From Neoechinorhynchus agilis (lineage: Eukaryota; Animalia; Acanthocephala): 64,000 bases of DNA. Of the stretch, positions 23,270-37,449 are shown piece after piece. Position 1 is the stretch's first letter, and every line of letters begins with the position of its first letter. The stretch spans positions 3,876,389-3,940,388 of the forward strand of contig CM121343.1 in the NCBI GenBank assembly GCA_051530055.1, given 5' to 3'. Made by a program: the position numbers and the translations under genes. The notes below the pieces were generated by a model. That model ran no database searches. It saw only the letters and a list, made by a program, of their open reading frames with translations, and was not told where the DNA came from.

Positions 23270-25001
23270 TTATCGCTCTCGAAATTCGGGTGAAATTCCG
23301 CAATCGATTTGTAAAGCCATAAATTAAGTCCAAGAACGAACATTGGAAATTTAGTAAGCGAGCTCTGAAGTTAATATGATGCAATATCGAAGAAAAAATC
23401 AAAGAATATCGCATCGAATTCTTGAAGATTATCTCTCAAAATTCGGGTGAAATTCCGCAATCAATTTGTAGAGCCGCAGGTTAAGTCGAAGAACGAACAT
23501 TGGAAATTTAGTTAGCGAGTTCTAAAGTTAATATGATGCAATATCGAAGAAAAAATCAAAGAATATCGCATTGAATTCTTGAAGATTATCTCTCAAAATT
23601 CGGGTGAAATTCCGCAATCGATTTTTAAAGCCACAGGTTAAGTCCAAGAACGAACATTGGAAATTTAGTAAGCGAGCTCTGAAGTTAATATGATGCAATA
23701 TCGAAGAAAAAATCCAAGAATATCGCATCGAATTCTTGAAGATTATCTCTCAAAATTCGGGTGAAATTCCGCAATCAATTTGTAGAGCCGCAGGTTAAGT
23801 CGAAGAACGAACATTGGAAATTTAGTTAGCGAGTTCTAAAGTTAATATGATGCAATATCGAAGAAAAAATCAAAGAATATCGCATTGAATTCTTGAAGAT
23901 TATCTCTCAAAATTCGGGTGAAATTCCGCAATCGATTTTTAAAGCCACAGGTTAAGTCCAAGAACGAACATTGGAAATTTAGTAAGCGAGCTCTAAAGTT
24001 AATATGATGCAATATCGAAGAAAAAATCCAAGAATATCGCATCGAATTCTTGAAGATTATCTCTCAAAATTCGGGTGAAATTCCGCAATCAATTTGTAGA
24101 GCCGCAGGTTAAGTCGAAGAACGAACATTGGAAATTTAGTTAGCGAGTTCTAAAGTTAATATGATGCAATATCGAAGAAAAAATCAAAGAATATCGCATT
24201 GAATTCTTGAAGATTATCTCTCAAAATTCGGGTGAAATTCCGCAATCGATTTTTAAAGCAACAGGTTAAGTCCAAGAACGAACATTGGAAATTTAGTAAG
24301 CGAGCTCTGAAGTTAATATGATGCAATATCGAAGAAAAAATCCAAGAATATCGCATCGAATTCTTGAAGATTATCTCTCAAAATTCGGGTGAAATTCCGC
24401 AATCAATTTGTAGAGCCGCAGGTTAAGTCGAAGAACGAACATTGGAAATTTAGTTAGCGAGTTCTAAAGTTAATATGATGCAATATCGAAGAAAAAATCA
24501 AAGAATATCGCATTGAATTCTTGAAGATTATCTCTCAAAATTCGGGTGAAATTCCGCAATCGATTTTTAAAGCCACAGGTTAAGTCCAAGAACGAACATT
24601 GGAAATTTAGTAAGCGAGCTCTAAAGTTAATACGATGCAATATCGAAGAAAAAATCCAAGAATATCGCATCGAATTCTTGAAGATTATCTCTCAAAATTC
24701 GGGTGAAATTCCGCAATCAATTTGTAGAGCCGCAGGTTAAGTCGAAGAACGAACATTGGAAATTTAGTTAGCGAGTTCTAAAGTTAATATGATGCAATAT
24801 CGAAGAAAAAATCAAAGAATATCGCATTGAATTCTTGAAGATTATTTCTCGAAATTCGGGTGAAATTCTGCAATCAATTTGTAAAGCCGCAGGTTAAGTC
24901 CAAGAACGAACATTGGAAATTTAGTTGGCGAGCTCTAAAGTTAATATGATGCAATATCGAAGAAAAAATCCAAGACTATCGCATCGAATTCTTGAATATT
25001 A
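23270..25001. repeat. Tandem satellite, 157-bp unit (~11 copies) with an alternating 314-bp dimer
   Basis: AAATTCGGGTGAAATTCCGCAATC recurs every 157 bp. A/B variants alternate (GATTTTTAAAGCCAC vs AATTTGTAGAGCCGC). Confidence 0.97.
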
Positions 25002-25317
25002 TCAATGAAACTTCTTAAGTTCAATTCTAAAGACAAAATTATTATTGATCACCTTAACCAAATTTTAAGTCCACTTATCTCGGTATTTATTATTTCTCTA
25101 TAAGAAAAGTCAACAATAAGCACTGATTGTAAATAAAGGCATTGTTTTATGTATTAAATGTCAAAATTCTAAATATACGTGTATTTAATTAGGAAAATTA
25201 TATTTCTTTGAGCTTGCATTGCGCGTAAAATCGAAGTCTCGCTAATTTACAACTATAATTTTTAACATAAAAATGCACTTTTTAATTTTGATCCCCAGCT
25301 GCCGATATTATTAATTC

Positions 25318-25512
25318 ACTTTTGATAGCAAATTATCAAATAATTGATGTATTTTTATTTGATAATTTGCGGTTTTCATGTAGGCCGTCTTCAGTCCATT
25401 GTTTCGCAAGTTTGTCATTTCAGTGTCTTGCGAAATAATAGACCGATGAAGGCCTACGTGAAGGCCGAAAATTATCAGATGAATTAATTATTATAATTTG
25501 CTATCAAAAAGT
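25318..25512. mobile_element. Palindromic MITE-like element
   Basis: Arms ACTTTTGATAGCAAATTAT..TGTTTCGCAAG / CTTGCGAAATA..ATAATTTGCTATCAAAAAGT. Confidence 0.85.
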
Positions 25513-26233
25513 AAACGATGAACATCTTTACAATTAACAATTCAATTGTCGTTTGCACATATCGAAGAATTGTGCATTGGACGCCATTTATTGTTACGGA
25601 GTTACAATTGGAAGACATTCATGGGAAGCTAAATATATACATTCGAGCATTCTGTATTTCATATTTTAAAATTTGATATTTCACTCGTGCAACGGGAAAC
25701 GCTGCATCCGTCCTGTTAGTGAACTCTTCGTGTTGAATAAAAAACTTTCGGTTCGTCAAAAGTTATGTTGTATAATGTAAAATCCTTAAACAATCTAATT
25801 ACATTTCACCAACCAATAGTAATCCCTACCCTGAATATTGTTTTTATCACATATTCTCGAGACAGCTCCATTTCAATCGAATAGTGGCGTTGCGCGCATA
25901 ATCTCATACTAATCCATTTTCTGCATGGAATGAAATTGCTCCTATAACATCAGTATTTTTTGCTATAAAGGAGAAGTTGATTTATTTAACCAATCCTTAA
26001 ACTAGAACAGAAATCGTTTCAATAGAATTCTTAAAATTGCTACTGCTCAGTTCAGTAACAGTCTTCGGCCAATCACTGTTGATTTTAAAATGCAACAAAT
26101 AATTTGCGATATCAACCAACAGCGTACTTACGTTGAAAATATCATGAAAACAAGCTTTAATAATTACAAATGATGTTGCCATGCGCCTACAAATATTATT
26201 TATGTACATTCATTGAACTTTTTCAAGTTAATT

Positions 26234-27775
26234 TCACGTCTGGACATCGATTTCCTCATCATCACTTTCGTAGTTATAGCTATTGTTAATCAACGATGTT
26301 TGACAATTATTTATATTTGGTCGGATAGGGTTCTGACAAGTATTCAGCAGTTGAGGATCGATTACTCTGATTCGTTGATACGGTTGCGGATAGATTCGGT
26401 TATTATTAAATCGATAATTGGATGTTCCACTAAGTGAGTATCTGCTTTCTGGTCTCCTCGTGGTGTTTTGTGTGGTCAAGAAAATCGGTGCCATCGGAAT
26501 AGTATGTACATCATTTAGTAATGCTGAATGTATCTTCGAATGCTTTGTTAAATGATCACTTCTCATAAATCGTTTTCCACAATGTCTGCAATGATATCGT
26601 TTCTCACCCGTATGCGTCCTAATATGTCTCTGCAGTTCATCGGATCTAGTAAATGCCTTTCCGCAATTCATCCAATTGCAGCGAAATGGTCTTTCGCCGG
26701 TGTGCCATCTCAAATGAGCCTTCAAATGTGAGGTTTTCCCGTAAACTTTGTTGCAAAAATGACATATATGCTTTCTTCTACCATCATGAATCAAATGCTG
26801 ACCTGGTAGATATCTATTCACTTTTAAATTCTCTTCCTCTCCTGGCACATTATTCGCTTTTGCATGCGGGTTTGTCCAATTCGATCGTGCACGCCCATCA
26901 GAATCGTGTCGAATTCTTCGAACCTTTATTACATTTTCTTGAACGGGAACGGATAAACTTCTCTTAAGATGCAGTGAGTCGCTTGGCTTTTCATTCTGTA
27001 GATGCAAACAGTTTGGACATTGACACTTTTGACAACGACGAGAATTCAGATCTCGTGTTCGACTTTGCCCGTCATCCATTTTTTCTACGCTCCACCAATA
27101 TCGCTTTTCTAGAAAGTCATCGATAAAACAACCCGATCCATGTTTAACTTTCTTCGTCTCCCTTGCGGCTTTACCAGCGATTAAATCATCATGTCTGGGC
27201 GCTGCCGAACGCGGCGGTATATTTGCCAATATATCATCAGCATTTATTTTCCTGTTATTAAGGCTACAATAATATCCGGGGTTCAATGCAGTGCTTGACT
27301 GCTGCCTCGTAAGCCAAAAAGCAAGCGGATTTGATCTAAATGCATCCAGCGTCGGTGGCAAGATCGGCAAGTTAGGCTGATGTCCTCTATTTAAGAAAAT
27401 GTCAGGATTATTTTGACCAAATTCAAATGTTTGCCATGAGCCCCTATTATCATTATCGTCGGATGCCCTTAAACCCATCTTTGCTTTTTTACTGTTGTTT
27501 AAAGAACAGTCTGTAAGGCTTGGAAACAATCTCTTTTGACCGATAGTTTTCGGCGGTGCATCTCGATTGGTCGATAAATTCAAGAAAGATTGTCTTTGAA
27601 GTGTGGGTAAAAATTGAAAATTGTACTTCCAGTTCAACGATTGGTGTTGCAAAATACCTAGTCTATTTTCGGAATGTGATTGATAAGCGTTAATGCGGCG
27701 GTAGTAAAGGGGGTTCTGCCATGGCTGCAATGGGATCGGACACACGAGCTTATAGTTCGGACGATCCGACTGCAT
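26234..27775 (-). CDS. Sp/buttonhead-family C2H2 transcription factor (Sp6-9-like)
   Basis: Btd box [11 protein letters not shown] and three fingers [50 protein letters not shown] splice acceptor (TTTTTATAG) lies just before the ATG, so an upstream exon is possible. Confidence 0.95.
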   Translation of the reverse strand: MQSDRPNYKLVCPIPLQPWQNPLYYRRINAYQSHSENRLGILQHQSLNWKYNFQFLPTLQRQSFLNLSTNRDAPPKTIGQKRLFPSLTDCSLNNSKKAKMGLRASDDNDNRGSWQTFEFGQNNPDIFLNRGHQPNLPILPPTLDAFRSNPLAFWLTRQQSSTALNPGYYCSLNNRKINADDILANIPPRSAAPRHDDLIAGKAARETKKVKHGSGCFIDDFLEKRYWWSVEKMDDGQSRTRDLNSRRCQKCQCPNCLHLQNEKPSDSLHLKRSLSVPVQENVIKVRRIRHDSDGRARSNWTNPHAKANNVPGEEENLKVNRYLPGQHLIHDGRRKHICHFCNKVYGKTSHLKAHLRWHTGERPFRCNWMNCGKAFTRSDELQRHIRTHTGEKRYHCRHCGKRFMRSDHLTKHSKIHSALLNDVHTIPMAPIFLTTQNTTRRPESRYSLSGTSNYRFNNNRIYPQPYQRIRVIDPQLLNTCQNPIRPNINNCQTSLINNSYNYESDDEEIDVQT

Positions 27776-30700
27776 TATCTATAAAAAGAAATACAAAGGT
27801 TGAATTTTCTTTAGCCCTTGAAAGATATTAAATAAAATTGTTTATTAATAAGGAAATTCATAAAGTGTTTTTTAATGACTTGTGCAAGCGTGGCAAACAA
27901 GGGCGTGGAAAAACCAAGCAATTTTAGATGCAAATAATTTAGTAGAAATTTCATTGATAACGCCGCCCCTCTTTTTTCTTTGATCACTTGACTGTTAGAA
28001 TTGTAAGCTCAAACGCTGGTTGGTTGTCTAATATACCACACCGACCAATTAACGTCTTGTAGTACTGAAATGCTTTTCGTATACTGGATTAGAGCAGCAC
28101 ACAATGATCATTATCGCATCAAGCGATTTAATGTCTTTGTTGGCGCTGGATGGGCTAAGATTGGTGGCACTATGGCAGCCTGATTTTCTCAACAATACAT
28201 CAAAAGGAGCACATCCATGTATCAGCATCGCAATATCTTTGATAGCGCAAACAGAGAAACAGATAAGCAAATTTATCAATTACAGATGACAAAAGCGGAA
28301 TTGCAGGTGCCATTATGTACCGTATCAAGGGAGCTACAAAACTCATAATGAGAGAGAGATGCGATGGAAGCACCGAAGTCACCCGAATGAGGAGGCTGTG
28401 TAAAAGCCTAAAATACAGACGGATATAGTGCACTAATGTCCCTCTCCCAGGGTAACGAGAAATGTGGAGAACGGCGAGATCAAACAACTTTTGCTACCGT
28501 TCAATTGCACGCGTGAGTTGCAGTTTCTCCAGGTGATCACCTCAGGTTCATGATCAAAGGCGGTAAGGCACGCGGTAGAAATTATGCAATAAATAAAAAA
28601 TTTATCTTCATGAAATACCGCTTAAAATATCCTTCACCTTGTTCTAATCAAATTCTTAATATTTTCCTTTTGCTCAATAATTTTTGCCATCGTTTTAACA
28701 CGAACACTTATACTATGAGTAATTGGATAAAATAATTGCTCATTGAAATTCATGTGTAGTTAACCGTAACCCCCCCCTTTTTTTTAATAAACACTACGAT
28801 TATTTTAGAGTTAAAAAATTATTCCTAAATTTTGGACAAGATAAAATATTTTTCGCATAACTGAAAAGGAAAATTAATTCGTACGATTATTCGTGGGAAA
28901 ACGATTCTAGACGCGATTTACTTTAGAATTATACTAAGTGTAGCGGCAGGACCATGTCGCTTACTGGATGACATTTAGTGTTACGATCGATGATGGTTTA
29001 CAGAGAATCATTAAAGGGTAGCACGTTGAGGGCAAAGGTGAATTGAATGGAGCAAATTTAGCGCAAAATGAGTCGAATGGGAATTTCGTAAATTCAATAA
29101 TTTCTTCTTTAAACACCAACGAGGCCTAATACATTAATTAAGGTGATAAGCTTGAATTTAAAGCACAATAATAATTGTATCGAAAAAATCATCAAAAGTG
29201 TTATATGTAAATTTTGAAATTTTTTAAGAAAGCAGAAAATAAATTAAATTTCACAACATATGAGAATTCCGGTCTGTGAGTAAATTTTGATGCAGTAGCT
29301 GAGTGTTCTAAGCATCGTAAAAATTGACGATAATGTCAATGCTTCAACGCACCATCTCGCTATTAATTCCAGAACAAATTTGAAAGGGGAAATATTCCGG
29401 AAATTTGGAATATAAATTATTGCGAAATTAATCTGATTAAATTTGCTCTACACAAATAATTAGCAAATAAGATCTAATAATAATTTGTATATAGCTCATT
29501 TGATCAACAAGCGAAATTTCCAGAACTTTGAAGCTTTGGTTGGTGCGGTTTTAGTGGACTTATATTCCATGTTAAAGGTCAAAAGCCGCAATAGAACGCA
29601 ACGATGTTTTGACTGTCACTTGACGTGCCTTCTTCAATATATAAACGAATCAAAATGTTGTTGTTGGATGGCCAAGGTACACACCCGTGTAGGAATTTGA
29701 AACGAAAGCAAGACTGAAATCTCCATAAGGTCTAGAATTTCCTGACCATTAAAGAAACCTTACAGGATATATCTCCGTTTAATTACTTCGCGCCATCTCA
29801 CGGCCAACGCCCGTTGGTTTGCCATACATCATCCTGATTTCATTACACCTAGCGAGATAATGCCTATTATGCACCATAGGCAATGCTGGCAGCATAGCGG
29901 AAGAGGAAGTCTGACTATTTGTGGCTCGTCGAATTCACCTGGCCAGGGAAAGATTCATCAATATCTGCATTTTGACAATCTTAGCTTGTGACAGCAATTT
30001 GTAAATAATCGACAGAGTAAAGAACACGATAAGTTTTACTATACTGCGAACACAATTGGCTTAATCGTACGCTCAATGTAGAAATATACAAGAGCCGGCA
30101 TTAGACCAATCAGCACGCTAGCTCACCTGTTGAAGATATGAGCAAATAAGATCAAAAGATGATTCCGCAATAATTATGATATTTATTAAGATACCGAGAA
30201 CGCATAAAAAATTGTGCTGTAAATAGTTAAACTTGGACGATTGCCGGCAACCCTATATATTTGAATTTTAATTTTTTAGACGAATTGAAACGAGTTATCG
30301 CAGTGAGTATTTTAATTTTATTAGGCTTTTCTTAAAATTTTGAACTTTTTGTCTTTAAAATTTTGAGAACTAAAATTTAACCGATAAAAAATTTTATGGG
30401 CTTCATAATAAACGTTATTCTTTTTCTTAATGCGATCTCGATTTTAGGGATTAAGTGAGATCAGATAAAGTTTATTATGCAACTTTCATTCAGAAAATTT
30501 AGAATTTATTAATCTATTACTGCCGATACTTTAAGTCCTTACTAATAGAACATTCTAAATCGACGCGATACAAGTTTGAAAAGTCTGCAAATAAATCGCG
30601 CATTTCACCTTGAATTTAAAATCGTAAATTCGCTTTTATGCAGTGTTTCTACATTAATAATCTATAATATGCTTGTTTTCCTTTTTGATGGACATGAATA

Positions 30701-31245
30701 TGCAAACTTTTTAAGTGGGAAAAAGTAATCTTCTACTAAATATTGAAATTTTGTGCTGAAATAACAGAATGCTTGTTGAGTTTAAAGGACGTTGTAATTT
30801 CCACTGCTCATAACCGTTATAAGGTAACAAATTTAATTCTTAAATAAAATCCTAGAGAATTAGACATGTGAAGCTTAGCATTTTTTTTATTCTGTTTTTT
30901 TACGGTAAAGAATTTTTTCAAAGATCAATGCAGTGATTGATTAACGTGATCTACAGGTAAGTTAGCGATTTAAAGATGAAAAGGGCCGGCTTAGCAGATA
31001 AGTCAGTAATGCTGTTCACCTGAAGAAATTGTGACCAACTGGCGGTAAACATCAAAGCTTCTCGATTGAACGACGATGCACTCGTAGTAGCACATGATAC
31101 ACATTACCGAACCAGGTAATTGCTATAATTACAACAATCCGTGGCTAAACCGAAAATCAGTTGTAATTGAGACTATATTAAGTTTCAAAATTTCTAACCT
31201 AGCGTCGGATTTTGCTTTAAAAGTAGAATTGGTGCACAAATACGC

Positions 31246-32008
31246 GATCCAAAAAATTATTTAAAGATTTACCGTGAAAAATTTCTGTGGAATTATGTGG
31301 TTAATATACAAACGCTGCAATTAAATTTTTTTGCAATTGTCCGATCCAAAAAATTACTTAAAGATTTACAGTGAAAAATTTCTGTGGAATTATGTGGTTA
31401 ATATACAAACGCTGCAATTAAATTTTTTTTGCAATTGTCCGATCCAAAAAATTACTTAAAGATTTACCGTGAAAAATTTCTGTGGAATTATGTGGTTAAT
31501 ATACAAACGCTGCAATTAAATTTTTTTTGCAATTGCCCGATCCAAAAAATTACTTAAAGATTTACCGTGAAAAATTTCTGTGGAATTATGTGGTTAATAT
31601 ACAAACGCTGCAATTAAATTTTTTTTGCAATTGTCCGATCCAAAAAATTACTTAAAGATTTACCGTGAAAAATTTCTGTGGAATTATGTGGTTAATATAC
31701 AAACGCTGCAATTAAATTTTTTTTGCAATTGCCCGATCCAAAAAATTACTTAAAGATTTACCGTGAAAAATTTCTGTGGAATTATGTGGTTAATATACAA
31801 ACGCTGCAATTAAATTTTTTTTGCAATTGTCCGATCCAAAAAATTACTTAAATATTTACCGTGAAAAATTTCTCCAGAATTATGTGGTTAATATACAAAC
31901 GCTGTAATTAAATTTTTTGCAATTGTCCGATCCAAAAAATTCTTTAAAGATTTACCGTGAAAAATTTCTGCAGAATTATGTGGTAAATAGATAAACGCTG
32001 CAAATTAT
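31246..32008. repeat. Tandem array, ~98-bp unit, ~8 copies
   Basis: GATCCAAAAAATTACTTAAAGATTTACCGTGAAAAATTTC.. recurs every 97-98 bp. Confidence 0.96.
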
Positions 32009-34568
32009 TTGCCGTGAGGAATTACTTCCACTTGAAATTCTTAGATGCGCGCAAGCAAAGAATTCTTGGTTAATAAGCAATTTAAATGTTAGTATAAGCT
32101 CATATGGTTAATACTCAATAGTTAGAGTCCAAAGGCAATGCACTATATCCCACATTGGATTCTCAAGAAATTAATGGAAAAAAAATCTCTAGTTATCTTT
32201 AAAATGTGGATATTATTCCAACTTTGTGTGAAAAGCTAGTTTACAACAAAATTATAGATTAATACAACGAATAATTTATTAAAGGTGTGACGACTATATA
32301 TCAAGTAAGCAATGCTTCTCACCTGGATAAATTGTGACCAATTGTCGGTAAAGATGAAAGATTCTATATTATACTAGAAATAACTACGATCATCACATGA
32401 CGTATTCGTTCAGACCTACCTTAAGGATCACTTTATTATTCATAATAGTTTGGTGGTGATCCTTAAATCGTAAAAACCTTCAAGTTCTAAATTTATATAA
32501 TTTTAATATATTTATCGATAGAATTAAAATTTTCTGGTAAACGATAAAAACAGGCAATAGATATGAAACTTCGATCGAGGAGCCACATTATTCTTTTCTC
32601 ATATTTTTTTGGAAATAATCCTTAAAAACTCGTACCTGTTGTTTGTTTTTGTTGTTCGCCTTTAAAATTTAACTCTGTGGATAAATATATTAAGATTATA
32701 TAAATATGATTTTCCTTACACATAAATTTTTTCCGATATAACCCTCCTAGTCGCGATTTTTTGAGGAGATAATAATGCTGAAAAATTTACGATAGAATGA
32801 ACAATATTATTTTACAATAATTGTTATTCTTAAATATTTTCAAGTGCGGCCATGGAATTAAAAAATATATTATGTATTTTGTTAGATGATTAATTATTTT
32901 AACAAATGTTTAATTAGCATCTAGTCTGTTCCACATGGCTTCGTCGTAAATTCGGTTAGATTGACAAGTAATTAAAAGTAAAGTTGCTCTAAGAGGTAGT
33001 AAACGTGCTTGGAGTGAGTAATCGTAATCACGGTTGGAAACTGCAAAATTCACAATTTTATTGGTCTAACTACTCCGAATCGGTGTGGATAAAACCTCTT
33101 AATGTCACTTTAAAAGCTTGGACCTGGTCGCCCACCGGATTTCCATTTTGATTTTTTAAGTTTTTTCTATTAAAAATACTGTTTTCCTTTCTTGTTAGTA
33201 TTTTTCTCCTGAAAAATCTAAGTTTAATGACTCAGTAGTACTTTATATATAAAAAACAGCAAGGGAAATATTCAAACGAACAGGAAAGTTGAACAGTAGA
33301 GAAGTTAAGAAATTATTGCTGAGCAGGGTACGATAACAAAAAATTGTTTTTTTGGAGTCTAAACGAGGAGAGATAGCGGAATGCTCGTTGTGCTTGACAT
33401 TGAAAAGAAATGATTATACAATGATAATGAGAATATACATGGTATTGGTTTTCGTAGGCAATGTAAATGCATCAAAACCATCAAGCCTGAAATTGTAGAT
33501 ACTGGCCGCTTACATAGTCAATGTTCAAACCAGCGCCGTCACAAATCGAATTTAACATATAAAACGATTTTTTAAAGAATTTAAAAATATTATTAAATCG
33601 CAGTATCGGACGTTGTGATAGATGACAAAAAGTGTTACTTAGTTTCACTCTGTTTATTAGGCACGAACCAAATGAAATAATTTAAAATTTCAAGTCTCCT
33701 AAGCCCCATATGGTGCATGACGGAATCAATTAGGACATACGAGAAGATGTCCACTTTATCCATCCTTCGGTTATGCCACTAAATTAGTGATTTAAGAGGA
33801 CCACAGAAAAAAAGAGGATTTTGTATTTAAAATTCCAAATAAGTAGCCATGAAATTATTCTCTTCGAAATTTCTGATGCCAAGTGAAAAGGCGAAAACAG
33901 AAATCACTAAATTTGCAATGGTATACGATTTTTTCACTCATTGTGAAAAAGAGTTATGAAAGGATTAGAGAAATGAATATCAAATTTGTGGATATTCAGA
34001 ATGAACTCGGATTTAAAACAATCGTCGTAACCATCTGCGCTACTTTGTCCAACCCCTCAGATATAGTTGAATCTAATCTCATTGGGCAACATTCGCACGT
34101 ATTCGGGAACCGATTTACGATTGTAATTTTATTATTTGTCAAAAGTGTTTCCTGTATGGACACCATGTTTCTAGTTGCCAATTTGATAAGAGATATTAAC
34201 TCACACACCACATTCACCCTTTAATTGAGGGAAACGATAACTATCCCAAGAAAGGGACTTAGAGACCTGTATCATGAATCTCGCTTTCTAAAGGACTGTA
34301 AAACTAAACATATAATAACAATATAAAGGATTTTGCTGATCGACAATATAATTTCGGATTTTCAACATACAATAGCCGCAAACATTTCTATTGCAAATAA
34401 CTCAATTATTGGATTCTGTGGTGAACAATGGCCCGAAATGTCTTTTCAGTATCAAAACGGATATTTCCTCCATACAGATTTCATCAACAACTCCCAGTTG
34501 CGCAAATAAGATCCCAAATTTTATTGGGTCTTGAGTTTATATGTTTTAAATAAACAGGCCAAAAAATT

Positions 34569-34774
34569 AGGAGATAATTAAAAACATCGAGGATGCGAAA
34601 GATGATGACGAATTGAGTGAGGACCAGTGGATCCAGAAATTTTTTTCATAAAATTTCGATCTCAAACGATAATCAGAGTATAAGCATTTTTCCTAATTAA
34701 CTAGAAGATCTAGAACTTTCATATGTCATTGGATACTCTTTTGATATTTATAAATGGTTCGTCAACATTTTTAT
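34569..34774 (+). repeat. 206-bp duplicate of the 3' end and 3'UTR of the bHLH-Zip gene (partner 39312-39517)
   Basis: Near-identical sequence AGGAGATAATTAAAAACATCGAGGATGCG..GTCAACATTTTTAT at both sites. Confidence 0.95.
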
Positions 34775-36808
34775 GGAATTTCTTATATTAGTTTAACCCG
34801 ATCTTCAGGGCTCAAAGTAGCCAAGGGCGGTCGCAAAGAACCTGGTAATAGACAAACTGCGATTACTAAGGAGTTCATTGGAACTAGGGGTGAGATTTTG
34901 AAGATATTAGAGAACGAAACTCACTGTTTGATACCAGCGTGTACGTTTCTGAACGCCTATCACCGTCGATTTCATAGACAACTACGATTGGCCGACTATG
35001 GATGTCGAAAAATCATTTAACTATTTCAATCATTGCCCGCGTATTTACAAGTCATAGGATCATTTAATGATCAATACCTTACATTGCCTCATACCGTTCA
35101 AATGCAAAGGTTTCAATTGTCTCTAAGAAAGATATTCAGATCGACAAACAAGGAGTCTATAAATCTTGAAACTTTACTCGATTATTGGACGCTGTTAATC
35201 GGGAAGGCTTTTGATCCATATGATTTCGGCGTTACTTCAATATTTGATTTGCTGTATTGTCTTCGATCATCCAAAGAATTTAAGATAGTCACAACATCAG
35301 TGTCTTCTACAATCTTTAGATTCGTTAAATCTAAACAATGCCTTAACTTAACCAATGATATTTTGAATATTATGATTGACAAATGTGGACTTCAAATTCG
35401 ATGTTATGACTTACTAAACGAATTAGCCAACAGGCTAGGGAAACGGATAAACTGGTACTGGGAGCTAAACTAGTCAAATTGGTTTCTAGAGGCGGCCGAA
35501 ACTCGACCAACATTTCAGATTTGAAGCATTTGTGGTTTTCGGAAGAGATTGACGCATTAGTCATCAATACCAATGGATTCATTGATTTTTCTGATATGTT
35601 GATACACATGAAGGAGTATGTGAGTGTTCTTGGTAACGGCTATATAGAAATATGCCCTCGTCGAATTCTCTGTATTCTTCTATCAACTATAATTGACCTA
35701 TTAGATACCCAACTCAATTGTCCAGGTCAGATTATGTGATATCGCTTCTTGTCTGGGTGACGAATTAGTCTCAATAAAAATTTCATCATTCAAATCGATT
35801 GATACAGTTCTCATTTCTGGCACAAAGTGTCTTATGTTCGCCAAGGCAATATTATCAATTTTCTATGAGCGATATGATATGATCAGACTGAACAATTATC
35901 CGCCCGGATATTCTAAACCTACTAGTGAACTTTGCCTAGATGAAATAATGCACATTTATGAACGAAAATTCGGTTTGCCTTTAGACCCAATCAATTATGG
36001 ATGTTACTCGTATCCATCGCTTTTTTCAAGGATGCCTGACATTATCTCATTTCGACATGTTGTTACGAATGGTGGATCGGATCTTACTTTAATTTCGTTA
36101 TCCCTTGCTTTCCAGTCTCTTTATTACCATCGGGTCAATTCCGTAAAAGTTGGGAATGCGAGCCAATTGATGAGAAATAAAATAGAGCAATGCTCACCAT
36201 ACAATGTCGATAGTTCGTTCCGTAAACAATCGAACGTTGAGAACACAAATATAGCTGATACGTCTTTTGGAGCATCAACTCCAAAGCGACCTATGGCACC
36301 TTTTTCTTCTACTGTTAATCACAGTTCCCTCTGTGAAGTTAGTTCTCTGAGTGGATCGTCTGGGTCGGTAATGTCATTTGATATTTCAATTTCAAAGCCT
36401 CAACCAGAAGATCAAAGATGCGTTCAACGAAAAATCCTTGGCGAGCGAAACCGAGCAATCATGGAATCTCCTGCTGACTCCAATTATCACAATAATTCCG
36501 ATGATTTTCATTTTAAGCAATCGCGCCTTAGTTCGATTTGGAAAGAAGATTTTTCTGGTGATCAACACAAGGATGAGCTCACACGTGGATCCGCTGATTT
36601 TGATCGACTTGGCATTTTGATTGGAGATATTAACATAAATAGTGCTGGAATGAGCACCTTGAACTCTTACGATAACACTCAAGCGTGGCTATCAAGTTTA
36701 AGCATTCCAAGCCAAGCGGAATACGAGTGCAAAATCCGGCATAATAACGATGATGGCTGTCAGTATAGAAACTGCGATAACCTAAGAATGTATCTCAAAC
36801 ATTTGTGA
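34754..36808 (+). pseudogene. MARF1/Limkain-b1-like multi-LOTUS (OST-HTH) gene fragment with a premature stop and a frameshift
   Basis: LOTUS repeats LIPACTFLNAYHRRFHRQLRLADYGCRKII*LFQSLP, FDPYDFGVTSIFDLL and YERKFGLPLDPINYGCYSYPSLF. In-frame TAA at 35018-35020, frameshift near 35460, GT-AG intron 35620-35704. No NYN domain seen. Confidence 0.7.
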
Positions 36809-36918
36809 GCATTCAATGGCGACACCGTTGTTTTTCGTTTTTTGTTTTCAGTTTAAAAAGGCATCTATTGATTAGCTTTTAAGCTTTGTACCTATGCTCC
36901 ATCCCCTCTAAGACTCAT

Positions 36919-37447
36919 TACACGGCCGAATGGACTCACAGTTTATCGATTTCGGTCTTGGAAGCGCTGGTCTGCGCTCAGTGCCTATTGTACATCCCTC
37001 CGGATTCTCAGAAACCTCAAGAAGGCGGAACTCAACGCATCCTCGTTTTATAGATATATTTTATTTTTTCCATACACGGCCGAATGGACTCACAGTTCAT
37101 CGATTTCGGTCTGGGAAGCGCTGGTCTGCGCTCAGTGCCTATTGTATATCCCTCCGGACCCTCAGAAACCTCAAGAAGGCGGAACTCAACGCATCCTCGT
37201 TTTATAGATATATTTTATTTTTTCCATACACGGCCGAATGGACTCACAGTTCATCGATTTCGGTCTGGGAAGCGCTGGTCTGCGCTCAGTGCCTATTGTA
37301 TATCCCTCCGGACCCTCAGAAACCTCAAGAAGGCGGAACTCAACGCATCCTCGTTTTATAGATATATTTTATTTTTTCCATACACGGCCGAATGGACTCA
37401 CAGTTCATCGATTTCGGTCTGGGAAGCGCTGGTCTGCGCTCAGTGCC
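36919..37447. repeat. Tandem array, 154-bp unit, ~3.5 copies
   Basis: CACGGCCGAATGGACTCACAG recurs every 154 bp. Confidence 0.95.
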
Positions 37448-37449
37448 CC

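Noticed and set aside
35400-35530. MARF1-like frameshift as another TA-hairpin element
   Set aside because: All frame-restoring TA pairs were checked and none has an inverted repeat. One extra G in the GGG run explains the break.
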